A stretch of DNA of 64,000 nt from Methanosarcinales archaeon (GCA_021108405.1 JAIOQW010000347.1:18486-82485), one strand, 5' to 3'. Numbered from the stretch's first letter, positions 8,635-19,974 are shown. The notes: a model not told the origin generated them from the letters alone. A program made the numbers and translations.

Positions 8635-11600
8635 TTATGTACACCTCCCTCTTCGTGATACATCATACTCATGTTCTCCATCATGAAATGCCTTTCTACA
8701 ATTTCTGACTTTTGAGTTGATGAATCTGTGAGATTTATCAGTACAACAAAGTCACCAAAGCTAAATTCACCTACTTTATTAATAAGTTCTGAATTATTAA
8801 TTATCAATGTACCAATTCCATTTGTCATCGTACCAGCGCTGTCAAGGTTTACGATTGTCGGTTCCATCATATCCATGTCAAAACCTTTGTCAAAACCTTC
8901 GTCAAAGTCATCGTCAAAGCCATCGTCAAAACCTTCGTCAAAACCTTCGTCAAAACCTTCGTCGAAACCTTCGTCGAAATCATCCATTGAATCAGTCCAC
9001 ATTACCATCAATTTATCAACTGAAATAGTTCCGTTTACCTGTTCATTAGTGAATGTCCTGGCAGTTAAGAATATTGATACGTTCTCGGATACATTGAATG
9101 GTTCCCATTCTTTATTTGCAATAGTTATCAATGTTGAAACATTATTGACAGTTTCTTTCATAACCGGGAATGATATAGGCCATCCCCAGAGAGTGCCGAT
9201 TTCAACCCATCTTTCATCAAATTTCTCTCCAAACTTATTTAACGTACCACCTTCTTCACCGTACATGTCAATAGGTTCATTGTCACCCCATCTATCTGTA
9301 AGATCATTGTCATCATCATATCTTCCTGAATTTACAGAGAACTTACCATCTGCACAATTATCCTCCAGTACCATATAATAGGGTTGGGTAACATTCACAT
9401 TCCCATCATCATTTAAGTCTGTATTAACATCGGCTTCTGTAAAGTTCCCTACATAATATGAATCTCCGTCAGGAGCCCAATCCGAAAACGGATATATTCC
9501 ATGTGTTAGAGAAGCATTTGCAAAGATTATCTTACCACCCCATGGAGAAGCGACTGCTACATATTCATTATCAAGTTCAGGTATCTGTACACCGATCCTA
9601 TAACTTTCATTGAAAGTTGAATTCGCAACCAGGACCCTGTCAAATGTGTTGCACCACTGGTCATACTTTTCCAGTTCGGATTTTTCAGCGTCATTGTACC
9701 CATATACTGTATAGCCCATATAAGAAACCACAGAAACACGTCCTGATTCAAGTTCTCCGTTGTCCGGATCATCATCCAGCAGGACTTCCAGATCACTGAT
9801 CTTATACAGGGCTTTGGCGCTATACAGCGTCAGTGTAACATTTTGCGAGGTTACATTAGAAACATTCACGTGGAACTCACCTGGTCCCCAGCCTATCCAT
9901 TCATTAAGACTATAATTTCTGGAACCAGATTGATACCAGTCATCACCTAAAAGATAATCGATTTCCATATTAGCTGTACTACCATGGGTAGCACTGTTTA
10001 AAGTGATATTCCAGAATCCCCAGCAAAGCTCAGTATCTCCTGAGTTAATAGTCACATTATTCCCTTCCGGATAATAATCCGTAAAGTTATAACTGACAAC
10101 CTGATCACCCATCGTGAGATTAATACTGTCATTTGTCACAAAATTACTGATCCCGGTTGAGTCATTATGGTAACTGGAGTTGGTTGTATTAAAGTACCAG
10201 CTGTCCTGCATATCAAATGGCCATCCGATTCTCAGGACATCATCTTTTCCGGTTCCATGTAGCATTACTGCACCCATAGCCTCAGTTTCTATACCGTAAT
10301 TTACACTTAGACCGTTTCCGTCCGATACTTTTGTAACATTGACATCCCCTACTGTCCCGATTGACGCTTCCACTACAAAAGACCGAAGCTCCAGTCCGGG
10401 AAGGTTCCACATCTCATAAGGAGATATGTTTGTATAATATGGGCCAGGAAGCTCAATATTATAATGAAGCAAGTACTGTCCGTTTGGTATGTTTTTTTCT
10501 GATGTGTTGATAGTAAGCATGGCCAGTCCGTATTCGTTAGTCTTGGATTCTTGGTCGATATTTATATCATTAAAGCCCGGTGTAAACCATGTTAATTTAT
10601 CAATTGTTACATTTGCATTGGCTATACCTCCTGTCTTAGCATCAGTCGCACCTGGCTTTTGGATAAGGAATGGAATGGTAACGTTCTTTCCGTTCTGGAA
10701 CGTTCCAAGCCATTCACCGCTCCAGCCCATTTTATAGCTGGTGAACTTTAGTTCATATTTATTGTTCTGGTACATCATATTTATCAGATAAATAGGTGCT
10801 CCGCCAAATTCTACCGGATCACCTGCGCTGGCATCAATAGCATTGGAAAAGTTTGAAGTGTTTGCAACAAGTACTGTATCATAAATTCCTGCGGTTTCAT
10901 TATCTGCAAGGATAAGATAATATATATTCTCTCTTGAATCCCAGTTCGCCCAGTAATCACCATTTCCATCCAGATCAATATTTAACCAGTCACAATCCTG
11001 CATCCAGTCAGATATAATGAATTCCCCTGATTTACTGAGCGATGTATCGATGTTGTATCCCGAACTCAGACAGTCTTTACCTGTGAACTCAATACTACCA
11101 TCCGAGCCTATGGATGTGACATTCCACTGTCTGATAGTAACATTAGTGTTATTTTTCTCATTGAATGTTTCCCCTATATCAAGATTGGTAGTATTTTTAG
11201 TATCTGAAAAATTACAATTGTTATAGTTTATATATATGTTGCGGGGTGAAGTAAGGTTCACCAAGATCCAGAATGGTGTCCGATCTTCCTCCATTTCCCA
11301 TTCAGTCAGTAATTCTATTTCCCATTTTGCAACCTTTCCAACATATGAATTAGTTGCAACTGAATAGTTTAGGCCCGGATATCTACCATCTATATCCTTT
11401 TCCCATTCTTCTACTTTGGATGTCGTATCGTTAACAAATATGGAGGTTTTTGTAGTTTGCATCCTGTCTAAATCAACACCTATCCAGTAGAACTCAGGAA
11501 GTCCAACACTTGCAATTTCTACCTGGAACCAGAAATGAGTAAATACTTCATCTCCATCTTCGTCTACAACATTGATCGTCATGAAATAACTTCCCTCATC

Positions 11601-14597
11601 CCATCCTGTCAGATCAATTGTCAAATTGACTCTTTTACAATTATTACCATCTGGTTCTACTACTGAACTGATGTTCAGGTCTGAGCTGGTCTTGTAAGGT
11701 GTCCCTCCGAACATCCCTTCTTTCATAACCATAGTAACATTTGTGGCGCTAGTAATATTATGCTTATTTCCGCCCATCCAGCTATCACTGGCTTCCACGA
11801 TTATACTCATACTCTCACCAACGCCAAAACGGTTATTCCAGTCCTTTGCATAAGCCCAGGCAACAAATGGATTCGACTCAACCCATGCCCTGCGTGTCTC
11901 AATATTACCACCTGATTCTGCCTCGAACACAAATTCATACATACCTGATTTTGTAACTGCTCCATCGGTATATTCTATGGTTTCTGATGTAGTTGCGTTA
12001 GTTTCAATTTGAATTGGATCAATTGTATGTGATCCACCAATAAACGTTGGTGGCTGCGGATTTTCCCAGCTTCCCATATAGTATATCTTATCAAGTGTAA
12101 TATTAGATATCATATTTAAAGACATATTGGATGGGTCTGCTATTTTGGCAATAAATGATATATCTTCACCTGCTTGTATATTCCACATTTCAGGATATAT
12201 ATCAAACATGAAACTTCTAACTTCAAACCACCCGTGTCCGTAATCATAAATGACATCATTTGTCACAGGATCATTTCCGTTGACCTTTATGGAAACATCA
12301 TACCATCCGGATTTTAACGGATTCGTGGCATTAATAGTTAATATTACAGTCCCATTTTTATCAGTTGTTCCGCTGACATTGGAACCTGTGGTATCAAAAC
12401 TGATCTTTTCCCATGTCTCACCATAACGAATTTCAGCAGCGGTTACCAGTTTATCTTCCACAGGACTGTGGCTCGAATCTTCAACTGTAACTTCAATTTT
12501 TATATCTGAAGTTGAGGTGAAAGTCTTGAACATACCACCCTCAGTTGCCGGGCATGCCCATATGAAATATAGTTTCGTATCAAAGAATCCATGACCGACA
12601 GCCTGTGTACTTGTTCCGTCTTTTAGAGTTGCATTGATCCAGAATTTCACATGATGGAAACCCAGACTACTGTCATTTACATAGAACCTGAGACCTCTGG
12701 AGCTTTGTATATCAACAAGATGAGGATTTTCCATATATTCAGTGACAAGTGCTCCTTCGCTTTCACTATATACTTCGATTAAACCTGCATCGGTTATGTT
12801 AGCAGAAGGTATGACCTCCATGTTCTTGGGGTCAAATGCCATTATCTTTAGTGTTACGTTAGCATTTCGTGATACCATTGGTGCAAAATTACCATCTGAT
12901 GTTGAAGGCTGCCCATGAACGAAAATATTTTGAACTCCAATACCTGTGAATTCTTCTTCTACTGTCCCGTCCAGGTCAACAGTTACTTTAACATTAAATA
13001 TCCCGGTTGAGGGTGGCGTTTTGAAAGTAATTATACTGGCATTTTGTGCGGTGTTGTTGAGTTCGGTTCGCATCCATGGATCTACCAAATTATCTTCAAA
13101 GAATGTGGTAAGATCTATTACATCCCACTGGCGTGTAACATCAACTCCCGATGAGTCCAGTATTGTTAATGAAAATTTACTCTTGTTGCTGTTGTCGGTA
13201 AGGCCGTTGATATCAGCTTCTGTACCTGTGCTCATATCAAAACCGCCCACAAAGATATAACCAGTCTCATCAGGTGCAAAACCTTCAAGGTCATGCTTTT
13301 GCGGACTTACCGGGAACAAGAATATATCATATCCTCTTACCTGGTAACCGATGTATGACTTCTGTTTCGAAGAACCAATAGTTGCTATATATTCTACTTT
13401 ATAATCTCCTTGCGGGGCATTATCAGGTATCGTGAAAGAAGAATTGTAGAAACCCATATCACTATTAAATGAAAGTGTGTTTGAATTGTTATATCCTTTG
13501 GGACCTTTGATATTTGCAGTAACGGTCGCGTAAGATCCATTGATAACCATACCGGTTGACCTTTTCAGATATACTACGAAGATACCATTATCGCCACGTG
13601 CAAATTGATGTTGTGGTTTATACTCGGGAGACAATATATCCCCATACATTGAATATGTATTAACAGAATACGAAATGTGTCCTACATCACCTGCAATAAA
13701 GTGATACAGTCCTGATTTACTTTGTATGGTAATATTTGTGGTAACTACACCATACTTGTCAGTGGTTACCGTAGTTGTTTCTAACAGTGTCCCATTGTCA
13801 TTGACATGATCAAGAGTTAGTTCTATATTACTTAAGCGATAGTCAGAAGCATTTAGTGCAAGCAGCGTGATGTTCTTATCTCCACCACTCTGAAAAACCG
13901 GTGCAATAGGACGAGCAAGTACTATTTCAGTAGCATTATCAACATAAATAAGTGTATACATGGTAGCATTAAGTTTAACCTTCGAGCCTTCAACCAGATT
14001 ACCAATAGTACTAACACCTGAACCGTCGGAACTTAAGTTCATATCGTCATCGTCATCCATATAAACAGTATCATCATCAGAGACCAGGAAATAGTAATCA
14101 GTATCATCGAATTCAATATTTCCGCCAGTCTTACTAACATTAAGCGGACCCTGAATATTATGATTGGTTGATAGGCTAACAGTCAGAACCTGCCCCTGGG
14201 TAAACAGTATTTTTATTTTCTTAGGATCATTTATTCCAAGTACAGTAAAATTCAGATATGGTGAAATAGTTCCACTTATAACATCTTGCGCTTTGATCAT
14301 ATAATTTCCTGATTCAGCAGGTGCAATTATAGTTGCTGAAAAAATACTATTATTTGCCTTTACAGTAGTAGTATTTTCCCACGCAGAGTCATTTGATATT
14401 ATAATTTCAACATGGCCTGAAGCATTTCCATCAAGTATTTCTCCTGAAACACTTATCGTATCACCCATAGAGTAGGTCTTTGAATCAATACTGAATTTCT
14501 GTATCGAAGTTGCCGTACATGCAGGAATTATCAATATGATGATGATTACTGCTAAAAATAAATATGCTAGCATATTGTACTTATTATATGTATTCAT
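8631..14597 (-). CDS. Giant (1988 aa) secreted or surface protein, probable glycoprotein, no recognisable catalytic domain
   Basis: N-terminal signal/TM (MLAYLFLAVIIIILIIPACTA). Very many N-x-S/T sequons by eye. Acidic FDEG repeat near the C-terminus and no C-terminal anchor. Its stop overlaps the start of 7183-8634 by 4 nt. Confidence 0.7.
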   Translation of the reverse strand: MNTYNKYNMLAYLFLAVIIIILIIPACTATSIQKFSIDSKTYSMGDTISVSGEILDGNASGHVEIIISNDSAWENTTTVKANNSIFSATIIAPAESGNYMIKAQDVISGTISPYLNFTVLGINDPKKIKILFTQGQVLTVSLSTNHNIQGPLNVSKTGGNIEFDDTDYYFLVSDDDTVYMDDDDDMNLSSDGSGVSTIGNLVEGSKVKLNATMYTLIYVDNATEIVLARPIAPVFQSGGDKNITLLALNASDYRLSNIELTLDHVNDNGTLLETTTVTTDKYGVVTTNITIQSKSGLYHFIAGDVGHISYSVNTYSMYGDILSPEYKPQHQFARGDNGIFVVYLKRSTGMVINGSYATVTANIKGPKGYNNSNTLSFNSDMGFYNSSFTIPDNAPQGDYKVEYIATIGSSKQKSYIGYQVRGYDIFLFPVSPQKHDLEGFAPDETGYIFVGGFDMSTGTEADINGLTDNSNKSKFSLTILDSSGVDVTRQWDVIDLTTFFEDNLVDPWMRTELNNTAQNASIITFKTPPSTGIFNVKVTVDLDGTVEEEFTGIGVQNIFVHGQPSTSDGNFAPMVSRNANVTLKIMAFDPKNMEVIPSANITDAGLIEVYSESEGALVTEYMENPHLVDIQSSRGLRFYVNDSSLGFHHVKFWINATLKDGTSTQAVGHGFFDTKLYFIWACPATEGGMFKTFTSTSDIKIEVTVEDSSHSPVEDKLVTAAEIRYGETWEKISFDTTGSNVSGTTDKNGTVILTINATNPLKSGWYDVSIKVNGNDPVTNDVIYDYGHGWFEVRSFMFDIYPEMWNIQAGEDISFIAKIADPSNMSLNMISNITLDKIYYMGSWENPQPPTFIGGSHTIDPIQIETNATTSETIEYTDGAVTKSGMYEFVFEAESGGNIETRRAWVESNPFVAWAYAKDWNNRFGVGESMSIIVEASDSWMGGNKHNITSATNVTMVMKEGMFGGTPYKTSSDLNISSVVEPDGNNCKRVNLTIDLTGWDEGSYFMTINVVDEDGDEVFTHFWFQVEIASVGLPEFYWIGVDLDRMQTTKTSIFVNDTTSKVEEWEKDIDGRYPGLNYSVATNSYVGKVAKWEIELLTEWEMEEDRTPFWILVNLTSPRNIYINYNNCNFSDTKNTTNLDIGETFNEKNNTNVTIRQWNVTSIGSDGSIEFTGKDCLSSGYNIDTSLSKSGEFIISDWMQDCDWLNIDLDGNGDYWANWDSRENIYYLILADNETAGIYDTVLVANTSNFSNAIDASAGDPVEFGGAPIYLINMMYQNNKYELKFTSYKMGWSGEWLGTFQNGKNVTIPFLIQKPGATDAKTGGIANANVTIDKLTWFTPGFNDINIDQESKTNEYGLAMLTINTSEKNIPNGQYLLHYNIELPGPYYTNISPYEMWNLPGLELRSFVVEASIGTVGDVNVTKVSDGNGLSVNYGIETEAMGAVMLHGTGKDDVLRIGWPFDMQDSWYFNTTNSSYHNDSTGISNFVTNDSINLTMGDQVVSYNFTDYYPEGNNVTINSGDTELCWGFWNITLNSATHGSTANMEIDYLLGDDWYQSGSRNYSLNEWIGWGPGEFHVNVSNVTSQNVTLTLYSAKALYKISDLEVLLDDDPDNGELESGRVSVVSYMGYTVYGYNDAEKSELEKYDQWCNTFDRVLVANSTFNESYRIGVQIPELDNEYVAVASPWGGKIIFANASLTHGIYPFSDWAPDGDSYYVGNFTEADVNTDLNDDGNVNVTQPYYMVLEDNCADGKFSVNSGRYDDDNDLTDRWGDNEPIDMYGEEGGTLNKFGEKFDERWVEIGTLWGWPISFPVMKETVNNVSTLITIANKEWEPFNVSENVSIFLTARTFTNEQVNGTISVDKLMVMWTDSMDDFDEGFDEGFDEGFDEGFDDGFDDDFDEGFDKGFDMDMMEPTIVNLDSAGTMTNGIGTLIINNSELINKVGEFSFGDFVVLINLTDSSTQKSEIVERHFMMENMSMMYHEEGGVHK
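8877..8981 (-). repeat. 12-bp coding tandem repeat (~9 units) encoding (F-D-E/D-G)n
   Basis: GTCAAAACCTTC-type units. Protein reads DDFDEGFDEGFDEGFDEGFDDGFDDDFDEGFDKGFD. Confidence 0.9.
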
Positions 14598-14843
14598 AAT
14601 ACTGCCCCCAAATTATAAAATTCCTATTTTATTAATATTTGATTTCTTTGTTTAAAGTCAAGACATCCCCAATTTATTTTATATTACTTACTATAAATAT
14701 CTTCTCATCTTTTAAACTGGAAAAAAAATTTAGTAAACCCATCACGCAGGAAAAACATCATACATAGTATTACGATAATAGAAAAGTTTATTACCATCAT
14801 CGATCATAAGGATGTTCCGCGGATATAATTGGTTTGTCATATT

Positions 14844-14922
14844 AATATCAAGTATACCTTGATATATCGAAAATGTTCACTCTGTTCACATTTTCTAATC
14901 TTCAGCTTCTTCGAAGCTTCAG
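14844..14922 (+). repeat. Mosaic hairpin repeat, locus 4: M1-M2-M5b
   Basis: AATATCAAGTATACCTTGATATA / GAAAATGTTCACTCTGTTCACATTTTC / TAATCTTCAGCTTCTTCGAAGCTTCAG. Confidence 0.85.
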
Positions 14923-15000
14923 TTAAAAAATACTAAACCAGGTAAATAACCAATTATCTATCAAACTAAAAAAAAAAATTTGTCTGCCAACAAGAACTAA

Positions 15001-15036
15001 AAACGTAGAGAATAAACTCCTCCATTCTCTACGTTT
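15001..15036. other. 13-bp perfect inverted repeat with 10-nt loop, followed by a T/A tract
   Basis: AAACGTAGAGAAT-aaactcctcc-ATTCTCTACGTTT. The loop and 3' arm (CTCCTCCATTCTCT) resemble M3. Confidence 0.6.
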
Positions 15037-15085
15037 CTATATTTTTTAAAAAAAAATCTGTATCAACTTCTAAAAATAGAGGAAT

Positions 15086-15134
15086 GACACTTTAGAGGAA
15101 AAACTCTGTGTTCATTGTGGCTATCATTTTTACC
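15086..15134 (-). repeat. Partial copy of module M8 (homologous to 29164-29222)
   Basis: Reverse complement GGTAAAAATGATAGCCACAATGAACAC...CCTCTAAAGTGTC versus GGCAAAAATGATAGCCACAGAGAACAC...CGTCTAAAGTATC at 29164. Confidence 0.7.
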
Positions 15135-15140
15135 CTCTGA

Positions 15141-15195
15141 TTTGAAGTGGATATGTAAACGCGAACGAAGTGAGCGTTTACATATCCACTTCAAA
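15141..15195. repeat. 22-bp perfect hairpin carrying the M2 loop (M7/M2-long)
   Basis: TTTGAAGTGGATATGTAAACGC-gaacgaagtga-GCGTTTACATATCCACTTCAAA, 64 nt upstream of the purL ATG. Confidence 0.9.
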
Positions 15196-15258
15196 AGTTA
15201 TGTATAGAATAATATCATCTATAAAACCATATATACCTGCAAAATAGGAAGATGAATC

Positions 15259-17403
15259 ATGCTACCTGAAGACGATTTAAAAAAGATCACTAAAAAATTA
15301 GGCAGAAAACCCACACCAGTAGAAGAAGGTTGCTTTATAAACCTCTGGAGTGAACACTGCTCCTACCGTTCCAGCGCACCCATCCTGAAAACATTTACCT
15401 CTACCGGAGAAAGGGTCATCATCGGGCCCGGTGATGATGCTGCTATTGTGCGTCTTAAAGACGGCTGGGTACTGGCCATAGGAATGGAGAGTCACAACCA
15501 CCCTTCGTATGTTGATCCTTATAATGGTGCTGCAACAGGTATCGGTGGGATAGTACGTGATGTCATCTCTATGGGCGCACGTCCGATCGCTCTTATGGAC
15601 CCGTTATATTTCGGGCCGCTGGATAATGAAAAGAATAGATATCTTTTTGAACACGTGATCATGGGAATTGCCGGATACGGCAATTGTATTGGTGTACCTG
15701 TGGTTAGAGGTGAAGCATATTTCCATGAGAGTTTCAGCGGAAACCCACTTGTCAATGTAGTGTGTGTAGGCCTTGCCAGAGAGGACAACATTGTAACAGC
15801 AACAGCACAACATGCAGGCAATAGATTGATACTCATGGGTTCTTCAACAGGCAGGGACGGACTGGGCGGAGCCTCCTTTGCATCCAGGGACTTAAGTGAA
15901 GAGTCTGAAGCAGATGACCGGGGCAGCGTACAGATAGGTGACCCGTTCACAGAGAAACTGGTTATGGAAGCAACACTTGAAGTTATAGATAAAGGACTGG
16001 TAGCGGCATGCCGCGATCTGGGTGCTGCCGGACTGGCCGGTGCCAGTAGTGAGATGGCAGCAAAAGGAGGACTGGGTGCGCATATCATCCTTGATAATAT
16101 CCACCTGAGGGATGAGACCTTAACTCCTTTTGAGATCATGATCTCCGAGTCACAGGAACGCATGGTACTGGAAGTAAGACCTGTTGATGTTGATGCAGTA
16201 CTGGCCGTGGCTGATAAGTATGACCTCAAGGCTAATGATATCGGCGAACTTACAGCAAAGACCCAATATTTACTGGAATATAAAGGAGAAGTGGTCGCAG
16301 ATATCCCTATATTATTCTTATGTGAGGGTGCTCCCACATTTGAAAGAGAGTCCCAACCTGCCCTCATAAAAAGAAGGAAGGAAAAACCCGTGGTACCTGA
16401 TGATCTTAAAGATATGATCCTTAAATTACTCAGCTCACCAAACATTGCATCCAGGGAATGGATATACCGTCAGTATGATCATGAGGTGCAAGTACGCACT
16501 ATAATCAAACCGGGTGGTGATGCCGGTGTAATACGGATTATAGATGACAAAGAAGGGCTTGCCTTTTCCTGTGGTTGCAATCCCCTGCATGTAAAAACAG
16601 ACCCATATACCGGTGGAGCATGTACAGTAATTGAAAATGCTATGAACTTAGCATCAGTAGGAGCTAAGTCTATTGCACTGGTTGATTGCCTTAATTTCGG
16701 TAATCCCGAAAAACCGGATATATACTATGAGTTTAAACAGGCATCCCTGGGTCTTGGTGATGCAGCCAGAACATTGAACATTCCGGTAGTAGGTGGTAAT
16801 GTGTCATTCTATAACGAGAGTGATGAGTTTGCAACAGCTATAGCGCCAACACCCAGTATAGGAATGGTAGGATGGGTTGAGGACCTCAATCACGTCCCCG
16901 CCTCTATTTTTCAGTCCCACGATGAAACAGTGATATTAATAGGTGATACAAAAGAGGAATTGGGAAGTAGTGAATATTATTCACTGCTGGAACTTAACGA
17001 ATCCGGTGATCCTCCATCAGTGCCCGGAAATATAGACACTATTATCGATACAATAATATCTGTTATCGGATCAGGTTTTGTTACTTGCGCCCATGATGTA
17101 TCATTGGGCGGCCTGGCTGTTACTTTATGTGAAATGGTAGGATCAGTCGGAGCGGACATAGACTTGAGAGGATCACAACTCAGGATTGATGATGCTCTCT
17201 TTTGCGAATCATGCGGTAGAATGGTTATAACAACACATGAACCGGGAAAGGTTATGGATATGTTGTCTGATGTAACTTGCAGTGTAATTGGTAAGACTGG
17301 TGGTGATGGATTGACCATCACTACCAGTGAAGGGGTTATTGAGTTATCATCTCATGATATTGATCATGCGAGAAGTAGTCTCTCACGGATAATGACCGAT
17401 TGA
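15259..17403 (+). CDS. purL: Phosphoribosylformylglycinamidine synthase subunit PurL
   Basis: 714 aa, full-length PurL pattern ([19 protein letters not shown], two AIR-synthase-like repeats). Confidence 0.95.
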   Translation: MLPEDDLKKITKKLGRKPTPVEEGCFINLWSEHCSYRSSAPILKTFTSTGERVIIGPGDDAAIVRLKDGWVLAIGMESHNHPSYVDPYNGAATGIGGIVRDVISMGARPIALMDPLYFGPLDNEKNRYLFEHVIMGIAGYGNCIGVPVVRGEAYFHESFSGNPLVNVVCVGLAREDNIVTATAQHAGNRLILMGSSTGRDGLGGASFASRDLSEESEADDRGSVQIGDPFTEKLVMEATLEVIDKGLVAACRDLGAAGLAGASSEMAAKGGLGAHIILDNIHLRDETLTPFEIMISESQERMVLEVRPVDVDAVLAVADKYDLKANDIGELTAKTQYLLEYKGEVVADIPILFLCEGAPTFERESQPALIKRRKEKPVVPDDLKDMILKLLSSPNIASREWIYRQYDHEVQVRTIIKPGGDAGVIRIIDDKEGLAFSCGCNPLHVKTDPYTGGACTVIENAMNLASVGAKSIALVDCLNFGNPEKPDIYYEFKQASLGLGDAARTLNIPVVGGNVSFYNESDEFATAIAPTPSIGMVGWVEDLNHVPASIFQSHDETVILIGDTKEELGSSEYYSLLELNESGDPPSVPGNIDTIIDTIISVIGSGFVTCAHDVSLGGLAVTLCEMVGSVGADIDLRGSQLRIDDALFCESCGRMVITTHEPGKVMDMLSDVTCSVIGKTGGDGLTITTSEGVIELSSHDIDHARSSLSRIMTD

Positions 17404-18447
17404 TTTTTTTTGAGGTCTTTTTAATAATCCTTTAAATCTAAAGACAAATAGCAGTCCTAAGACCATTATTAGTAATGCAACTACTCCGAAAATAACCAAT
17501 CTTAGAATATTAGTTTTTTCCTCTTCTACCATTACTGCCTGTGTAGGGGCAGGCTCTAAGGTCGGTGCAGGTGTTATCGGGAAAATTGTATCTGCTGCCC
17601 AGATATCACCATTTCCATTTTCGTAAGAAGTATACAATAATTTGGAACCATCATGACTCCAATCCGGATGGGCAAAGTTCCTGGATTCACTTATAAGTAC
17701 TGCTTTTTCATTTCCGTCAGACCGCATTACCCAGATATCATTATATCCATTTTCATTCGATATGAATGCAATCCATTCACCGTCCTGACTCCATGTAGGA
17801 TCGGTCTGTCTAAATTCATCATCTGTAAGCTGGGCCCAGTTCGTGCCATCCGCATTCATTACCCATATATTTTCATCTGCTGAATAAGCGATCTTTGTGC
17901 TATCAGAGCTCCATGAAGGTGACTCGATTGATATCCCGAAATCAGTAAGTGAAACTGCATTAGAACCATCAGGATCAATAGTCCAAATTTCATAGTTATA
18001 ATTTACCCATCTTAGAAATAGAATTTTGGTACCATCATTATTCCATGTTGGATTTCTTGCATTGATCTGCTGCGTTACTTGACTTGCGTCTGTAAGTGCA
18101 TTATTGATAATATAAATGTTTGAATAAGGATTTCGCGGATCATTATTTTCCGCAATATACAGGATCCCGCCTGGACCCCAATCAGGCTGAAGCAGCCAGC
18201 TTTTATAAAAGCTTTCTTTAGTATTCATGCCGTTTGTATCCATGATCTGAAGACTGGTGTGTGATGAATCTTCAGTAATATAAACGATCTTGCTATCATC
18301 CGGACTCCAGGTTGCATCATTTTCACTGGACAGATCACTGGTCAACTGGTGTATCTCAGTAACTTCAGGCATTTCACTTCCTGCGGCTAATTGTGCTAGA
18401 ACCAGTATGGTTAGAACGAAAATTAATGACGTTTTTAATGCTATCAT
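17383..18447 (-). CDS. TolB-like PD40 beta-propeller surface protein with C-terminal TM anchor
   Basis: Repeated P.WSPDG..I.Y-type PD40 motifs ([48 protein letters not shown]). The likely start is the internal Met ([23 protein letters not shown]), not the 18540 call. Its 3' end overlaps the purL end by 21 nt. Confidence 0.7.
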   Translation of the reverse strand: MIALKTSLIFVLTILVLAQLAAGSEMPEVTEIHQLTSDLSSENDATWSPDDSKIVYITEDSSHTSLQIMDTNGMNTKESFYKSWLLQPDWGPGGILYIAENNDPRNPYSNIYIINNALTDASQVTQQINARNPTWNNDGTKILFLRWVNYNYEIWTIDPDGSNAVSLTDFGISIESPSWSSDSTKIAYSADENIWVMNADGTNWAQLTDDEFRQTDPTWSQDGEWIAFISNENGYNDIWVMRSDGNEKAVLISESRNFAHPDWSHDGSKLLYTSYENGNGDIWAADTIFPITPAPTLEPAPTQAVMVEEEKTNILRLVIFGVVALLIMVLGLLFVFRFKGLLKRPQKKSIGHYP

Positions 18448-18627
18448 AATATCACTACATTTTTTTATTTTTTTGTATTTTTCATAGATTAGGATAAATG
18501 AAAGATTGTTCCATTTCCTCATTATTATTATAATGCTCATATATGTAGTACTGGTTTATAAACTTAACCATTGAAAACGAACCCTTATGTTAATTAACAC
18601 CATTATCAAGTCGCAGGTGAATGAATA

Positions 18628-19974
18628 ATGGCAATCCACCCAATTGAATATCGTTATGGTACTCCTGAAATGAAGCAAGTATGGAGTGAAGAGTCAAAGC
18701 TGAGAAAAATGCTAATGGTAGAGGTAGCCCTGGCAAAGGCGCAAGCAAAGGTTGGCATGATCCCAAAAGAAGCTGCCGGGATAATCGAAGTAGCATCCGA
18801 CAGTGTCGAACTTAAAAGAGTTACCGAGATCGAAGATGAGATCCAGCATGACATGATGGCTGTGGTACTGGCCCTGTCAGAGCAGTGCCAGGATGAAGGG
18901 AAATGGGTTCATTTCGGTGCCACATCAAATGATATACTGGACACACAACTTGCACTCCAGATAAAAGAAAGCATTGGTCTTTTACGCAAGAAGACCACAA
19001 GTGTCCGGGATGCCCTTATCACAAAGGCAGATGAACATAAAAATACGGTCTGTGTTGGCAGGACACATGGCCAGATAGGTGTCCCTACTACGTATGGTTT
19101 GAGATTTGCGATCTGGGCAAGCGAGATGGATAGACACCTTACGCGCCTGGGCGAACTAACACCCAGAGCAGTGGTCGGGCAGATGACGGGTGCTGTGGGC
19201 ACACAAGCAGCCTTTGGTGATAAAGGGATCGAGATCCAGCAGTGGACAATGAAATACCTGGATATTGGAAGTGTAGAGGTCTCCAACCAGATCATACAGC
19301 GGGATAGACATGCTGAGTTTGTGATGTGGATGGCTAATACTGCCACTACTCTTGATAAGATATGTGTGGAATTTCGCAATCTTGCGCGTAGTGAGATCGC
19401 AGAGATAGAAGAGAGTTTTGGTACTAAACAGGTAGGTTCCTCAACTATGCCCCACAAACGCAATCCTATTAAGAGCGAGCAAGTGTGCGGACTTGCACGC
19501 ATCGTGAGATCTATGGTAGAACCTGAACTCCTTAATAATACCCTATGGGATGAGCGTGATCTGACAAACAGCTCCTGTGAGCGTATTATTTTCCCTGAAA
19601 CCTGTGTGCTGACTGATCATATCCTTAAGCTGATCGAGAAGATTATCACCAATCTTAGGTTTTTTCCTGAAAACATCAAACAGAACCTGAACCTGATGCG
19701 AGGTCTCAATATGGGAGAGGCTGTGATGATCGAACTGGCCAAAAAGAATGTTGGTAGACAACAAGCTCATGAAATTGTAAGGACAAGTGCCATGGAAGCT
19801 CGTGAGACAGGTAGGCACATGAAAGACATACTTATTTCAAGACCGGAAGTAACCAAATATCTGGATATGGAAGATATTGAACATATTATGGACCCAAGGC
19901 AGTATATCGGTACTGCTGTAACTCAGGTTGAGATGCTTGTGGAGCGGTTAAAGAAAAAGGATACGGATATGTAA
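18628..19974 (+). CDS. purB: Adenylosuccinate lyase
   Basis: 448 aa, fumarate-lyase signature GSSTMPHKRNP, full-length PurB pattern. Confidence 0.95.
   Translation: MAIHPIEYRYGTPEMKQVWSEESKLRKMLMVEVALAKAQAKVGMIPKEAAGIIEVASDSVELKRVTEIEDEIQHDMMAVVLALSEQCQDEGKWVHFGATSNDILDTQLALQIKESIGLLRKKTTSVRDALITKADEHKNTVCVGRTHGQIGVPTTYGLRFAIWASEMDRHLTRLGELTPRAVVGQMTGAVGTQAAFGDKGIEIQQWTMKYLDIGSVEVSNQIIQRDRHAEFVMWMANTATTLDKICVEFRNLARSEIAEIEESFGTKQVGSSTMPHKRNPIKSEQVCGLARIVRSMVEPELLNNTLWDERDLTNSSCERIIFPETCVLTDHILKLIEKIITNLRFFPENIKQNLNLMRGLNMGEAVMIELAKKNVGRQQAHEIVRTSAMEARETGRHMKDILISRPEVTKYLDMEDIEHIMDPRQYIGTAVTQVEMLVERLKKKDTDM

Noticed and set aside
15519-16445. 308-aa minus-strand ORF inside purL, and similar long antisense ORFs at 18909-19502 (purB), 24259-24783 (aroC), 8728-9378 (giant gene), 32521-32940 (moeA), 47319-47792 (ABC ATPase) and 29160-29621 (LysE gene)
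   Set aside because: Each is fully embedded antisense to a gene with strong family-level evidence. The translations are Ser/Pro/Leu-rich shadows typical of the opposite strand of real genes.
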